Assembly: GCA_016235445.1 (NCBI GenBank)
Contig: JACRLB010000032.1
Location: forward strand, 10,373-74,372
Reading direction: 5' to 3'
DNA from: Chloroflexota bacterium
GTDB taxonomy: Bacteria; Chloroflexota; Anaerolineae; Anaerolineales; Villigracilaceae
Length of the DNA stretch: 64,000 nucleotides
Positions 6,367 to 15,013 of this stretch are shown one piece after another (position 1 is the stretch's first letter; every line of letters starts with the position of its first letter). A program made the translations under genes and the position numbers. The notes under the pieces were generated by a model that was not told where the DNA came from, searched no databases, and saw only the letters and a list, made by a program, of their open reading frames with translations.

Positions 6367-9075
6367 ATGGAACCGACTATGAAACGATACTCCCTCACAA
6401 TCATTGGACTTCTCCTCCTCGCCCTCGCCATTGGATTTGGCCCCGCTCTCGCCTCGTCCGCGCCTGCTCCAGCCTCACAGGCTTCGACACTACACCCGAA
6501 CTTTATCCTGCTCGATGCAGACGGCGCGAACGTGCTCGAAAGCGGCAGTGCCGTCTCCACCATGCAAACCTGCGGACAATGCCACGACACCGATTTCATC
6601 GCCTCGCACGCATTTCACTCCGACCTGGGATTGGCTGATTATGCCGCATCGAAAGAATCATGGGATGCAAGCACAGGCACGTTTGGTCAATGGAATCCGC
6701 TCACCTATCGCTACCTCTCGCAAGACGGCGATGAACGGCTGGACCTCTCCACCGCTGAATGGTTAATGCTGAACGGCGAAAGAGTCGTCGGCGGCGGACC
6801 AGCTACAACGTCACGCAATGATGCGCCGCTCGCAGATGTAAAAGTCAGCAGGGAAAATCCCGAAACGTCCATCTTGAAAAATGGAAGCCCCACAACCTGG
6901 AACTGGGACAAATCCGGCACGATGGAAATGAACTGCTTCCTCTGCCACCTTGAAACTCCCAACACCGAAGCGCGCGCTGAAGCCATTCACGCAGGCGAGT
7001 TTGGCAATGCCAACACCGCCACTTTGATTGGCTTGAATGTGGTCAATAAATCCAGCGAAGGCTGGGTATGGAATCCTGAATCCTTCAACGAGAATGGCGA
7101 ACTCAAAAGCGAGTTCATCGGCATTCAAGACCCCACCAATGCAAACTGCGCCACCTGTCACGGTGAAGTTCACCCCGAAACGGAAGAGCCGCTCACCCTC
7201 AACGCCTGTGATTTGGATTATCCACAAACTGCCACAACAGGCCAGGTCGTCAGCGGACAGCGCATCAACGAGTCTGGCGTAAACCTGACAGACAAAAATA
7301 ATATCGAGCGTTCATGGGATATTCACGCCGAACGACAACTGCAATGCACAGATTGTCACTACGCTTTGAACAACCCTGCACATGCCAGCGAATTGCAAAG
7401 CAATAATCCCGAGCATCTCGTCTACGACCCGCGCTCGCTGGAGATTGGTGAATATCTCGAAAGACCAGACCATAACTTCGCGCGCGGCGAAAGCGCACAA
7501 TTCAACGTGGCTCCCGAATACAAGGGCACCATGCGCCGCTGTGAAAACTGCCACGACGCCAGCAAGGGACATGCAAACTGGCTTCCATACATCGGAACGC
7601 ACATGGACGCAGTCGCCTGCGAAACCTGCCACATCCCGCAGATGTACGCGCCTGCCATCCAAACCTACGACTGGACTGTCATCACGACAAGCGGTACAGC
7701 GGTTGAAACCTGCCGCGGCGTGGATGGCGACCCGAACGCAGTGACATCTCTGGTGACTGGCTACGAGCCTGTTCTGCTCAACCGCACGAACATCGACGGC
7801 GACACTTTGCTCGCGCCGTACAATCTGATTACGTCCTTCTACTGGGTGTACGATGACGCCAATGGAAACAAACGCCCCGTCCGCCTGGTTGATCTCGAAG
7901 CCGCGTATCTCGAAGATGGAAAATATGCGGCAGACATCGCCGCCGCATTTGACTCAAACGGCGACGGCAAACTCGCCTCGAATGAATTAACGCTTGACTC
8001 TGCCGCAAAGACCGATGTGGTCAAAACAAAACTTGCCGCGCTGGGTTTGAACAACCTGCGCATCGAAGGCGTGGTACAGCCGTACAGCATCAACCACAAC
8101 GTCACACGCGGAGACAGCGCCATCAATGACTGCAAAGCCTGTCACAACGAAAACTCACGCATGTCACAGCCGATCAAACTCACAGACTCTGCGCCCGTCC
8201 TGCCTATTTTTGACGCGGCTAACAACGTCAACAACAGCGGCGAATTTGTCACGGACGCGGATGGCGCGTTGTATTACCAGCCCATGCCCGCCGAAGACAA
8301 CTTGTATGTCTTCGGCTCCAGCCGCGTCAATTGGGTGGATTGGTTCGGCGCGATTGCATTTGCGGGTTCGCTCTTAGGTGTGATCGGGCATGGGACGCTG
8401 AGATATCTCTCGTCGCAGAAACAGCCCAAGGGTCAGAAAAGAACCGAGCGGATTTATATGTACGACACGTATCGCCGCTTCTGGCATTGGTTACAGACCT
8501 CGTCCATCGTCATCCTGTTGTTTACAGGCTTGATCATTCACAGACCCGATATTTTCGGTGCGTTCTCGTTCCGCGGTGTGGTGACGGTGCATAACGTGGT
8601 GGCGGTCATCCTTGTGATCAACGCGGCGTTGTCGTTGTTCTATCACATCACGACGGACAGAATTCGGGAGTTCATTCCGCATCCGTATGGGTTTTTCGAT
8701 GATGCGATCGTCCAGGCCAGGTATTACATCGGTGGAATATTCAAGGGCGAAGCTCACCCCTTCGAAAAACTGCCAACCAGCCGCATGAATCCCATTCAGA
8801 AAATGACCTACTTCATGATCTTGAACGTGCTGTTGCCTTTGCAAACCATCACAGGCGCGTTGATGTGGAGCGTGCAAAAGCGGCCTGAGTTCGCAAATGC
8901 GCTCGGCGGACTGCCTTTCCTTGCGCCGTTCCATTCGCTCGTGGCGTGGATGTTTGGCACGTTCATCCTCGTGCATGTGTATATGACCACCACTGGCGCA
9001 ACTCCGCTCGAAGCGATGCGCGGGATGGTGACGGGGTATGAAGAAGTGGAAGTGCATGAGAGCAAGGATGAATGA
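6367..9075 (+). CDS. Heptaheme cytochrome c fused to a C-terminal cytochrome b (FdnI/PhsC/HupC-like) membrane domain
   Basis: Signal peptide; seven CxxCH motifs; C-terminal TM domain with RFWHW, TVHN, NPIQK, FHS and VHVY His motifs. Start may be 6379 (MKRYSL). Confidence 0.85.
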   Translation: MEPTMKRYSLTIIGLLLLALAIGFGPALASSAPAPASQASTLHPNFILLDADGANVLESGSAVSTMQTCGQCHDTDFIASHAFHSDLGLADYAASKESWDASTGTFGQWNPLTYRYLSQDGDERLDLSTAEWLMLNGERVVGGGPATTSRNDAPLADVKVSRENPETSILKNGSPTTWNWDKSGTMEMNCFLCHLETPNTEARAEAIHAGEFGNANTATLIGLNVVNKSSEGWVWNPESFNENGELKSEFIGIQDPTNANCATCHGEVHPETEEPLTLNACDLDYPQTATTGQVVSGQRINESGVNLTDKNNIERSWDIHAERQLQCTDCHYALNNPAHASELQSNNPEHLVYDPRSLEIGEYLERPDHNFARGESAQFNVAPEYKGTMRRCENCHDASKGHANWLPYIGTHMDAVACETCHIPQMYAPAIQTYDWTVITTSGTAVETCRGVDGDPNAVTSLVTGYEPVLLNRTNIDGDTLLAPYNLITSFYWVYDDANGNKRPVRLVDLEAAYLEDGKYAADIAAAFDSNGDGKLASNELTLDSAAKTDVVKTKLAALGLNNLRIEGVVQPYSINHNVTRGDSAINDCKACHNENSRMSQPIKLTDSAPVLPIFDAANNVNNSGEFVTDADGALYYQPMPAEDNLYVFGSSRVNWVDWFGAIAFAGSLLGVIGHGTLRYLSSQKQPKGQKRTERIYMYDTYRRFWHWLQTSSIVILLFTGLIIHRPDIFGAFSFRGVVTVHNVVAVILVINAALSLFYHITTDRIREFIPHPYGFFDDAIVQARYYIGGIFKGEAHPFEKLPTSRMNPIQKMTYFMILNVLLPLQTITGALMWSVQKRPEFANALGGLPFLAPFHSLVAWMFGTFILVHVYMTTTGATPLEAMRGMVTGYEEVEVHESKDE

Positions 9076-9124
9076 TGAATTATGAAGGATGAATTTTCCT
9101 TCGTGTTTAGAAAAGGAATCTGAA

Positions 9125-9670
9125 ATGACCACTCAAACGAGAAAATCAATATTCAACCGCCCTGAAAAATCATACGTGCATCCATACTTTGGCGGAGTTG
9201 TACTTGGAATTGTGTTGTTCCTGGCCTTCTTCCTCACCGGCAACGGGCTTGGCTCATCGGGCGCAACCAGCCGCATCGACGCGGCTATCGTGGATGCGAT
9301 CTCCCCCTCGCACGTGGATAACAACCCCTATCTATTGAAGATGGCGGGCGGCGAGAAGAATCCGCTGGATGATTGGATCGTGCCTGTATTCTTCGGCGCA
9401 CTGCTCGGCGGCTTTTCATCAGGCTTTTTCAATGGACGCTTGAAATTCATGACCACCAAAGGCCCCAACATCTCGGACCGCACCCGCTGGTTGATGGCTT
9501 TCCTCGGCGGTGTGATCTTTCTCTACGGCGCACGCCTGGCTCGCGGATGCACCTCCGGACAGGCGCTTTCGGGCGGGGCAACTCTCTCGGCAGGTTCGTG
9601 GGTGGTCATGTTCGCCATCTTCGGCGGAGCGTACGGCGTGGCGTATTTTGTTCGGAAATTTTGGAACTAA
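9125..9670 (+). CDS. YeeE/YedE (TsuA-like) sulfur-compound transporter, half-size
   Basis: Hydrophobic protein with GLGSSG and GARLARGCTSG motifs. ATG 9125 follows aaagga. Confidence 0.85.
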   Translation: MTTQTRKSIFNRPEKSYVHPYFGGVVLGIVLFLAFFLTGNGLGSSGATSRIDAAIVDAISPSHVDNNPYLLKMAGGEKNPLDDWIVPVFFGALLGGFSSGFFNGRLKFMTTKGPNISDRTRWLMAFLGGVIFLYGARLARGCTSGQALSGGATLSAGSWVVMFAIFGGAYGVAYFVRKFWN

Positions 9671-9788
9671 CATGGAACTTTTTACCACAAAGTGTCACGA
9701 AGGTACACAAAGTATTACTTGGGGTTTCCTTTGTGACCCTTCGTCTCCTTCGTGGTAAAGATTTTCCAACACCTTCAGGAGAAACATA

Positions 9789-11090
9789 ATGAACTTTCCC
9801 CTCCCCTCTCTCAACGCAGTCAGCGCAGCCAACCCGTGGACGTACGTTCTCTTCGCCGCCATCGGTTTCGCGTTCGGCTACACACTTGAAATGTCTGGCT
9901 TTGGCGATTCGCGCAAACTCGCCGCGCAATTTTATTTCACAGAGATGACCGTGCTCAAGGTCATGTTCACCGCCATCACCGTGGCAATGGTTCTGCTCTT
10001 CGGCGCGGTCGGCCTCGGCCTGCTGGATTTCAGCCAGGTCTGGGTCAACCCCACCTACCTCGCCTCTGGCATCGTCGGCGGACTCATCATGGGCGTGGGC
10101 TTCATCGTCGGCGGGTTCTGTCCCACCACCTCGCTGGCCTCCGCATCCACAGGCAAGATCGACGGCATGTTATTCATGCTCGGCGGATTTGTCGGCGCGT
10201 TCCTCTTCGGTGAAACCGAAAAATATTTCGACGGCTGGTACACCAACGCAGGCTATTTCGGACGCCTCACCCTCGACCAGGTCTTCGGCATTCCCGTCGG
10301 CGCGGTGGTGCTGATCGTCATTTTGATGGCTCTGTTTATGTTCTGGGGTGGGGAACAATTGGAGCGCATCTTTGGTAAAAGGGATTTGGCAAAGGAACCC
10401 AGGCTGAGGGTCGTCGGAGGCGTGGCCCTCTTCGCGGCGGCAGTGGCAGTGCTGGCAATCGGCAGTCCCTCACTCGCAGACCGTTACAACAAAGTCACCT
10501 TCACCCGCACCGAAACCGTCGAACAGTTGAACGCAGACCCCATCGTCAACACCTATGTTTACACTGCGGACGAAATGCTCGCCAACCGACTGGTCTTCAC
10601 CTCGCCTGCCGAGGCCTTCAAGGCAAAATACAACCAGTCCATGAATCCCGTTTATCTCGATGTGCGCTCCGAAGCGGACTACAACCTGTATCACATCGAA
10701 GATGCGGTCAACGTGCCGCTCGAACGAATGCTGGAAGTTGTGCCCGTGCTGTTGAGTGAGCCGCCCGCGAACACGGTTTTCATTTTGATAAGCAACGATG
10801 AAGCCGCCGCCGTGGATACGTGGAAACTGCTGGTAGGATCGAGCGTGCAAAATGTGTACATCCTCGAAGGCGGAGTGAATAACTGGATCGCGTTCTTTGG
10901 CAACGATGACAAAACGCTTCATCCCAACCCGAATGCTGGTGACGACCAATTGGGCTATCTCTTCCCTGCCGCATTAGGCAGTCGCTACGAGTCATGCTCG
11001 CCAGACCCGATCGAATATGAAAAACTTGAATTCGAGCAAAAGATCAAATTGCAATTGAAGCGGGATAAAAGCGGAGGCGGGTGCGGGTAG
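9789..11090 (+). CDS. YeeE/YedE protein fused to a rhodanese-like domain, C-terminal GGGCG
   Basis: FGYTLEMSGF and GFIVGGFCP YeeE motifs; LDVRSEADYNLYHIEDAVNVP and VYILEGGVNNW rhodanese motifs. Confidence 0.82.
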   Translation: MNFPLPSLNAVSAANPWTYVLFAAIGFAFGYTLEMSGFGDSRKLAAQFYFTEMTVLKVMFTAITVAMVLLFGAVGLGLLDFSQVWVNPTYLASGIVGGLIMGVGFIVGGFCPTTSLASASTGKIDGMLFMLGGFVGAFLFGETEKYFDGWYTNAGYFGRLTLDQVFGIPVGAVVLIVILMALFMFWGGEQLERIFGKRDLAKEPRLRVVGGVALFAAAVAVLAIGSPSLADRYNKVTFTRTETVEQLNADPIVNTYVYTADEMLANRLVFTSPAEAFKAKYNQSMNPVYLDVRSEADYNLYHIEDAVNVPLERMLEVVPVLLSEPPANTVFILISNDEAAAVDTWKLLVGSSVQNVYILEGGVNNWIAFFGNDDKTLHPNPNAGDDQLGYLFPAALGSRYESCSPDPIEYEKLEFEQKIKLQLKRDKSGGGCG

Positions 11091-11137
11091 GGGTGGTTGG
11101 AGATTAGAGAATTAGAGATTAGAGATTGGTAATTGAG

Positions 11138-11173
11138 GAAGACTCCTGAGGTTTCGGGAGTCTTCTTTTTTTT
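11138..11173 (+). terminator. Intrinsic terminator closing the otr operon
   Basis: gaagactcc/ggagtcttc stem followed by a T8 tract. Confidence 0.85.
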
Positions 11174-11197
11174 GGAAGATATACTTCACGCGGGTCG

Positions 11198-11412
11198 GGG
11201 TGCGGACTAAAGTTTCGGAAATGTGGCGCAAGTCTCTGACTTGCGAGGCAAATCAGAGATTTGCCTCGCGCGGAGTGCCGAAAAAATATTCCACACCCAG
11301 TCCCCGGGTGCGGACTAAAGTTTCGGGAATGTGGCGCAAGTCTCTGACTTGCGAGGCAAATCAGAGATTTGCGCCGCGCGGAGTGCCGAAAAATATTCCA
11401 CACCCAGTCCCC
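11198..11412. repeat. Tandem dimer of a ~101-bp palindromic element (period 108 bp)
   Basis: Near-identical units start at 11198 and 11306. Each has imperfect terminal IRs and, in unit 1, a perfect 12-bp hairpin gcgaggcaaatc/gatttgcctcgc. Confidence 0.9.
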
Positions 11413-11582
11413 GGTATCGCTTGAATTTTGAGTGGGCTCGTTGTATAGTGATTATGCTGCTTTTATCCTAATTTTCTCTACCGTACATGGAAAACCTAAA
11501 GGTCTCCTTTCCCTTCGCAAAAACACCGATTAACAGAAAAGACCTTTAGGGTTTTTACGAGAGAGATGTACGACAGCAAGTC

Positions 11583-13118
11583 TTGGAAAACACAATGAGA
11601 GAAAAACACAGCCCCGGTTCCATCCCGACGCTCATAAAATCAATCACCGACATTGCCTCCTCGGTTGGGGCGGTGACGGCCTACCTGGTGGCCATCTTTG
11701 GAATCGGGGATATTCCCTACCCCAAAACCACCTCCCTGCTGACTATATTGGCTACTTCGGTTCTGGTGGTCAACTGGCGCTGGGGCAAACTCAGAAGCAG
11801 GAAGAAAGGCTCGAAAATGCCGCCAGCCCGCTCATTGTTTGAGCGGCTGTTGAACCCGATCCAAAAGACCGCTGACGAAAGCTACACCCTGTCTCTGACT
11901 CGGCGGCGCATCGAGGCGGGTTTGGTTTTATCCCTGAGCGTCTTCACCCTCGGCTGGACGGGCATCAACCTTACAACAGTTATCAATGAATTGACCACGA
12001 ACCCGGCCCTCACCTGCAACGACCCCGGCGAAGCGGCCACACTGCGAATTCTCATCGCCGATTTACATGAGATAACCCCCGAACCGCAATTACTGATCTC
12101 CGACAAAATCTCCGATTCATTGGCCGAATACCCGGCGGGAGACTTCTACAAAGTCTGCCGTCTTGCCGAGCCGCTCGAAACAATCACCCGGGCGAACAAG
12201 GCGGCAAAGACGTATGAGGCCGATATTGTGATCTGGGGCCAAAGCGATGCGGCCACCTACGAAATCCACCTCGAGGCGCCCGCCCTCGGCGACCCGCACC
12301 AGAACCTTTCGGCGCTTGGCATCGAGGAAGCCACCTCGCCTGAGTTTCAATTGAAGGAACCGGAGCATGTTTCCTTTGTCTCTCAGTTTGCCCTCGCTGA
12401 ACTCCTGCTGTTGAACGGGCAAGTGACCGAAGCCCAGGCCCGGCTGGCTGGCGCCCTTGCCGATGCAGATCGTGAAAAGCTCGATCCGTTGGATATTGCC
12501 AAAGGGTATTACCTGCTTGGATTGTTTTACGATCCCCATTATTCCCCGTCTCCCGATGAAGAATTATCCATTGCCGCGTATTCAAAGTCCATCGAAAGGA
12601 ACGGTAACCTGCACAAAGCCTGGTTGAACCGCGGATATGTGCATATGCTCCTCGGCATGGACGAGGAAGCCATGGCCGACTTCAACCATCTCATTGACAA
12701 CGACACCCCCTTTAAGGGCATGGCGTACGTAAACCGCTCCAGCCTGCAAAGCGATCCCGATGCGGTCATGAGCGACCTGGACGCCGCCGTAAAATTCGCG
12801 CCAGAGGAAGGCTATTTCTTTCGCGGCATCGAACGCATGAATCGCAGGGATTTTCAGGGCGCCATCGAAGACCTGAAAAAGGCCGTTGAGGTGGACTCCG
12901 CGGGCTGGGAAAACTATCACTACCTGGGGCTGGTGCAGTTGTATAACGGCGAGTATGAAGCGGCAAAGAAAACCTACGTTCGCATCCTGCCCTACCTGGA
13001 TGCCGCGACTCGCGACGATGTAATCGTTGACCTGCAAGACAGCGCGGAGGTATTCCCCGAAAGCAAACCCACAATCGACGAAATCATTCAATCCCTGCAA
13101 GCCGCCAACCTGCCGTAG
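11583..13118 (+). CDS. Membrane-anchored tetratricopeptide-repeat protein
   Basis: N-terminal hydrophobic segments; C-terminal TPRs (AWLNRGYVHMLLG, AYVNRS, YFFRG, NYHYLGLVQ). Confidence 0.8.
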   Translation: MENTMREKHSPGSIPTLIKSITDIASSVGAVTAYLVAIFGIGDIPYPKTTSLLTILATSVLVVNWRWGKLRSRKKGSKMPPARSLFERLLNPIQKTADESYTLSLTRRRIEAGLVLSLSVFTLGWTGINLTTVINELTTNPALTCNDPGEAATLRILIADLHEITPEPQLLISDKISDSLAEYPAGDFYKVCRLAEPLETITRANKAAKTYEADIVIWGQSDAATYEIHLEAPALGDPHQNLSALGIEEATSPEFQLKEPEHVSFVSQFALAELLLLNGQVTEAQARLAGALADADREKLDPLDIAKGYYLLGLFYDPHYSPSPDEELSIAAYSKSIERNGNLHKAWLNRGYVHMLLGMDEEAMADFNHLIDNDTPFKGMAYVNRSSLQSDPDAVMSDLDAAVKFAPEEGYFFRGIERMNRRDFQGAIEDLKKAVEVDSAGWENYHYLGLVQLYNGEYEAAKKTYVRILPYLDAATRDDVIVDLQDSAEVFPESKPTIDEIIQSLQAANLP

Positions 13119-13181
13119 CGAAGTTCACATCCATCGCGCCGCGAAGTTCCATCTGTTCATCAAACAACAAAAGGAGAGAAA

Positions 13182-13703
13182 ATGAACCCAGCCTTTCAAA
13201 CCCCGATTGGCCCCGTCCCTTTGGAGAAGCACTACGAAGTTTTCAAAACCATCGAAGACAAAATTATGAACCACTTGGAAAGCCTCGCGCAGGGCTACCT
13301 CCTGATTGGCCTGCGGGTGGCGTACGATGAAAAGGATTCAAGCAACGAGCCGGGCCAACTGCCGTACTCGGTTGAATTTGGCTATCTGGGACTGGTGGAC
13401 CTTGCCGCCCGATGCTTGCGGGAGAAAGAAGAGACGAGCGAGGAGGAACTGATCCAAAGCGCCATGCAATCCCCCACGCCGATCCAACTGTTGGATGATC
13501 TCTACGAGTACGCAAAAGCCGAATTGCAATCCGCCGCCGGCGCCGACTTGATTGTGGGGGTCTCTCTCGAATTAAAAAGCAGTCTTTCCAACATCGCCGC
13601 AATCGTGGTGTGCTCCTGCAACGGAGTGCCTGGTAGAAAGTTAAGGCTCGTGTACAACAGCATCCTGCGAAGATACAGATGGGTTTGCAGGGCTGGGTGT
13701 TGA
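13182..13703 (+). CDS. Hypothetical protein with acidic body and cationic 4-Cys C-terminal peptide
   Basis: aaggaga SD before the ATG; hairpin after the stop; no recognisable family. Confidence 0.7.
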   Translation: MNPAFQTPIGPVPLEKHYEVFKTIEDKIMNHLESLAQGYLLIGLRVAYDEKDSSNEPGQLPYSVEFGYLGLVDLAARCLREKEETSEEELIQSAMQSPTPIQLLDDLYEYAKAELQSAAGADLIVGVSLELKSSLSNIAAIVVCSCNGVPGRKLRLVYNSILRRYRWVCRAGC

Positions 13704-13719
13704 TTCGATAACCATCCAC

Positions 13720-13765
13720 ACACGAAGAACCGCCCATCCCTGAGTGGATGGGCGGTTCTTCGTGT
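13720..13765 (+). terminator. Strong stem-loop after the TPR/hypothetical gene pair
   Basis: 20-bp perfect stem acacgaagaaccgcccatcc / ggatgggcggttcttcgtgt; weak U tract. Confidence 0.65.
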
Positions 13766-14016
13766 TGAGAGCGAAGCTAATATTACTGCGCAAGGTTGCC
13801 GTGATATGTCATGCTGAGCGAAGCATCACTATCACAGCGAAAGAGGTTCTTCGGTGGCTGAAAATAGCCCCAACCTGTGGGAAGAAATCCGTAATTATTT
13901 AATTCACTCAGGACTTACGCAAGAGGCTTTATGACCCCGAAGGGGTCAAATGATTATAGTTTTTGGAATACAGCGAATTCAACCCCGAAGGGGTGTCATC
14001 ACTCGTAAAATCAATT

Positions 14017-14127
14017 GGGTGTGTTTCAAACGAGTTGAAGGATAGAACGTCCCGAAGGTTTTCTCGAAGACTTTGACCCTTTTTCAAACCTTCGGGACGG
14101 TTGTTTCAACTGAAATGAAACACACCC
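14017..14127. mobile_element. MITE-like element nested in a REP-like cluster
   Basis: Perfect TIR gggtgtgtttca/tgaaacacaccc; flanks aaatcaatt and aaatcaatc (8/9 direct repeat); internal cgtcccgaaggttt/aaaccttcgggacg hairpin. Confidence 0.65.
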
Positions 14128-14250
14128 AAATCAATCTCATCCCTTGGGGATTTGGATTCTTTCGCGCCATTTTCTATAATCCTGCCATCCCTTTGGGATT
14201 ATGAACTTCGTACGGTGAGTAAATAAACTGCGTAACATCCGTTAATATCC

Positions 14251-14298
14251 TTGACACCTCCTCTCACCCATCGTAAAATAGGATTAATCGGATTAATC
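14251..14298 (+). promoter_or_regulatory. sigma70 promoter and tandem palindromic operator of the GntR-korAB unit
   Basis: TTGACA (14251), 17 bp, TAAAAT (14274-14279); GGATTAATC twice at 14281-14298. Confidence 0.75.
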
Positions 14299-14305
14299 AA
14301 CTTTT

Positions 14306-15001
14306 ATGTTGCGTGATCGTACTTCCTCGAACATCTCTGAGTTTTTTCGTTATCTAGCTTCACACCCCGAAGCGGATGACAAACTCCCCTCTTTAACCGA
14401 ACTTAGCAAAGAATTGGATATCAGCCTGGCATCTCTGCGCGAACAACTTGAAGTTGCTCGCGCGCTTGGCTTTGTGGAAGTGCGCCAGAAGACGGGCACA
14501 CGCAGGTTGAAATACTCCTTCACGCCAGCCATTCGTCAAAGCCTGGGATACGCACTGGCGTTGAACAACGATCACTTCCGCAAATTTGCCGAGATGCGCA
14601 ATCATCTCGAAGCGGCGTACTGGCATGAAGCCGTCAAATTGCTGACTGCCGAAGACAAGCAGGAACTCGAAGCCATCATCACCCGCGCGTGGGACAAGAT
14701 CCGCGGCACGCCACAGCGTCCTGATGCTTTTTCGGGAGTGCAAGTGCCACACGAAGAGCACCGCAAACTTCACCTCACTATTTTCAGCAGGCTTGATAAT
14801 CCATTTGTAATCGGTGTGCTCGAAGCCTACTGGGAGGCGTACGAAGGCGTTGGCCTGAATGTCTTCGCGGGCGGCTATGAATATTTGCAGGAAGTGTGGA
14901 GATACCATCAGGTGATGGTCGAGTCAATTTGCAATGACCAGTTCGAGGTCGGGTATGATGCGCTCGTCAAGCACACCGATCTTTTGTATCATCGTCCGTA
15001 A
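14306..15001 (+). CDS. GntR/FadR-family transcriptional regulator
   Basis: LPSLTELSKELDISLASLREQL...LGFVEVRQKTGT wHTH plus FCD-like domain (EMRNHLE, HRKLH, H...ESI). Confidence 0.85.
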   Translation: MLRDRTSSNISEFFRYLASHPEADDKLPSLTELSKELDISLASLREQLEVARALGFVEVRQKTGTRRLKYSFTPAIRQSLGYALALNNDHFRKFAEMRNHLEAAYWHEAVKLLTAEDKQELEAIITRAWDKIRGTPQRPDAFSGVQVPHEEHRKLHLTIFSRLDNPFVIGVLEAYWEAYEGVGLNVFAGGYEYLQEVWRYHQVMVESICNDQFEVGYDALVKHTDLLYHRP

Positions 15002-15013
15002 ATTAATAATTTA

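Noticed and set aside
11200-11424. Short ORFs on both strands over the 108-bp tandem repeat
   Set aside because: Products simply mirror the DNA repeat; no SD and no family signal
13701-13765. Selenocysteine read-through of the TGA after CRAGC
   Set aside because: The downstream hairpin is a perfect 20-bp stem starting about 16 nt after the stop, more like a terminator or REP than a SECIS; the read-through sequence looks non-coding
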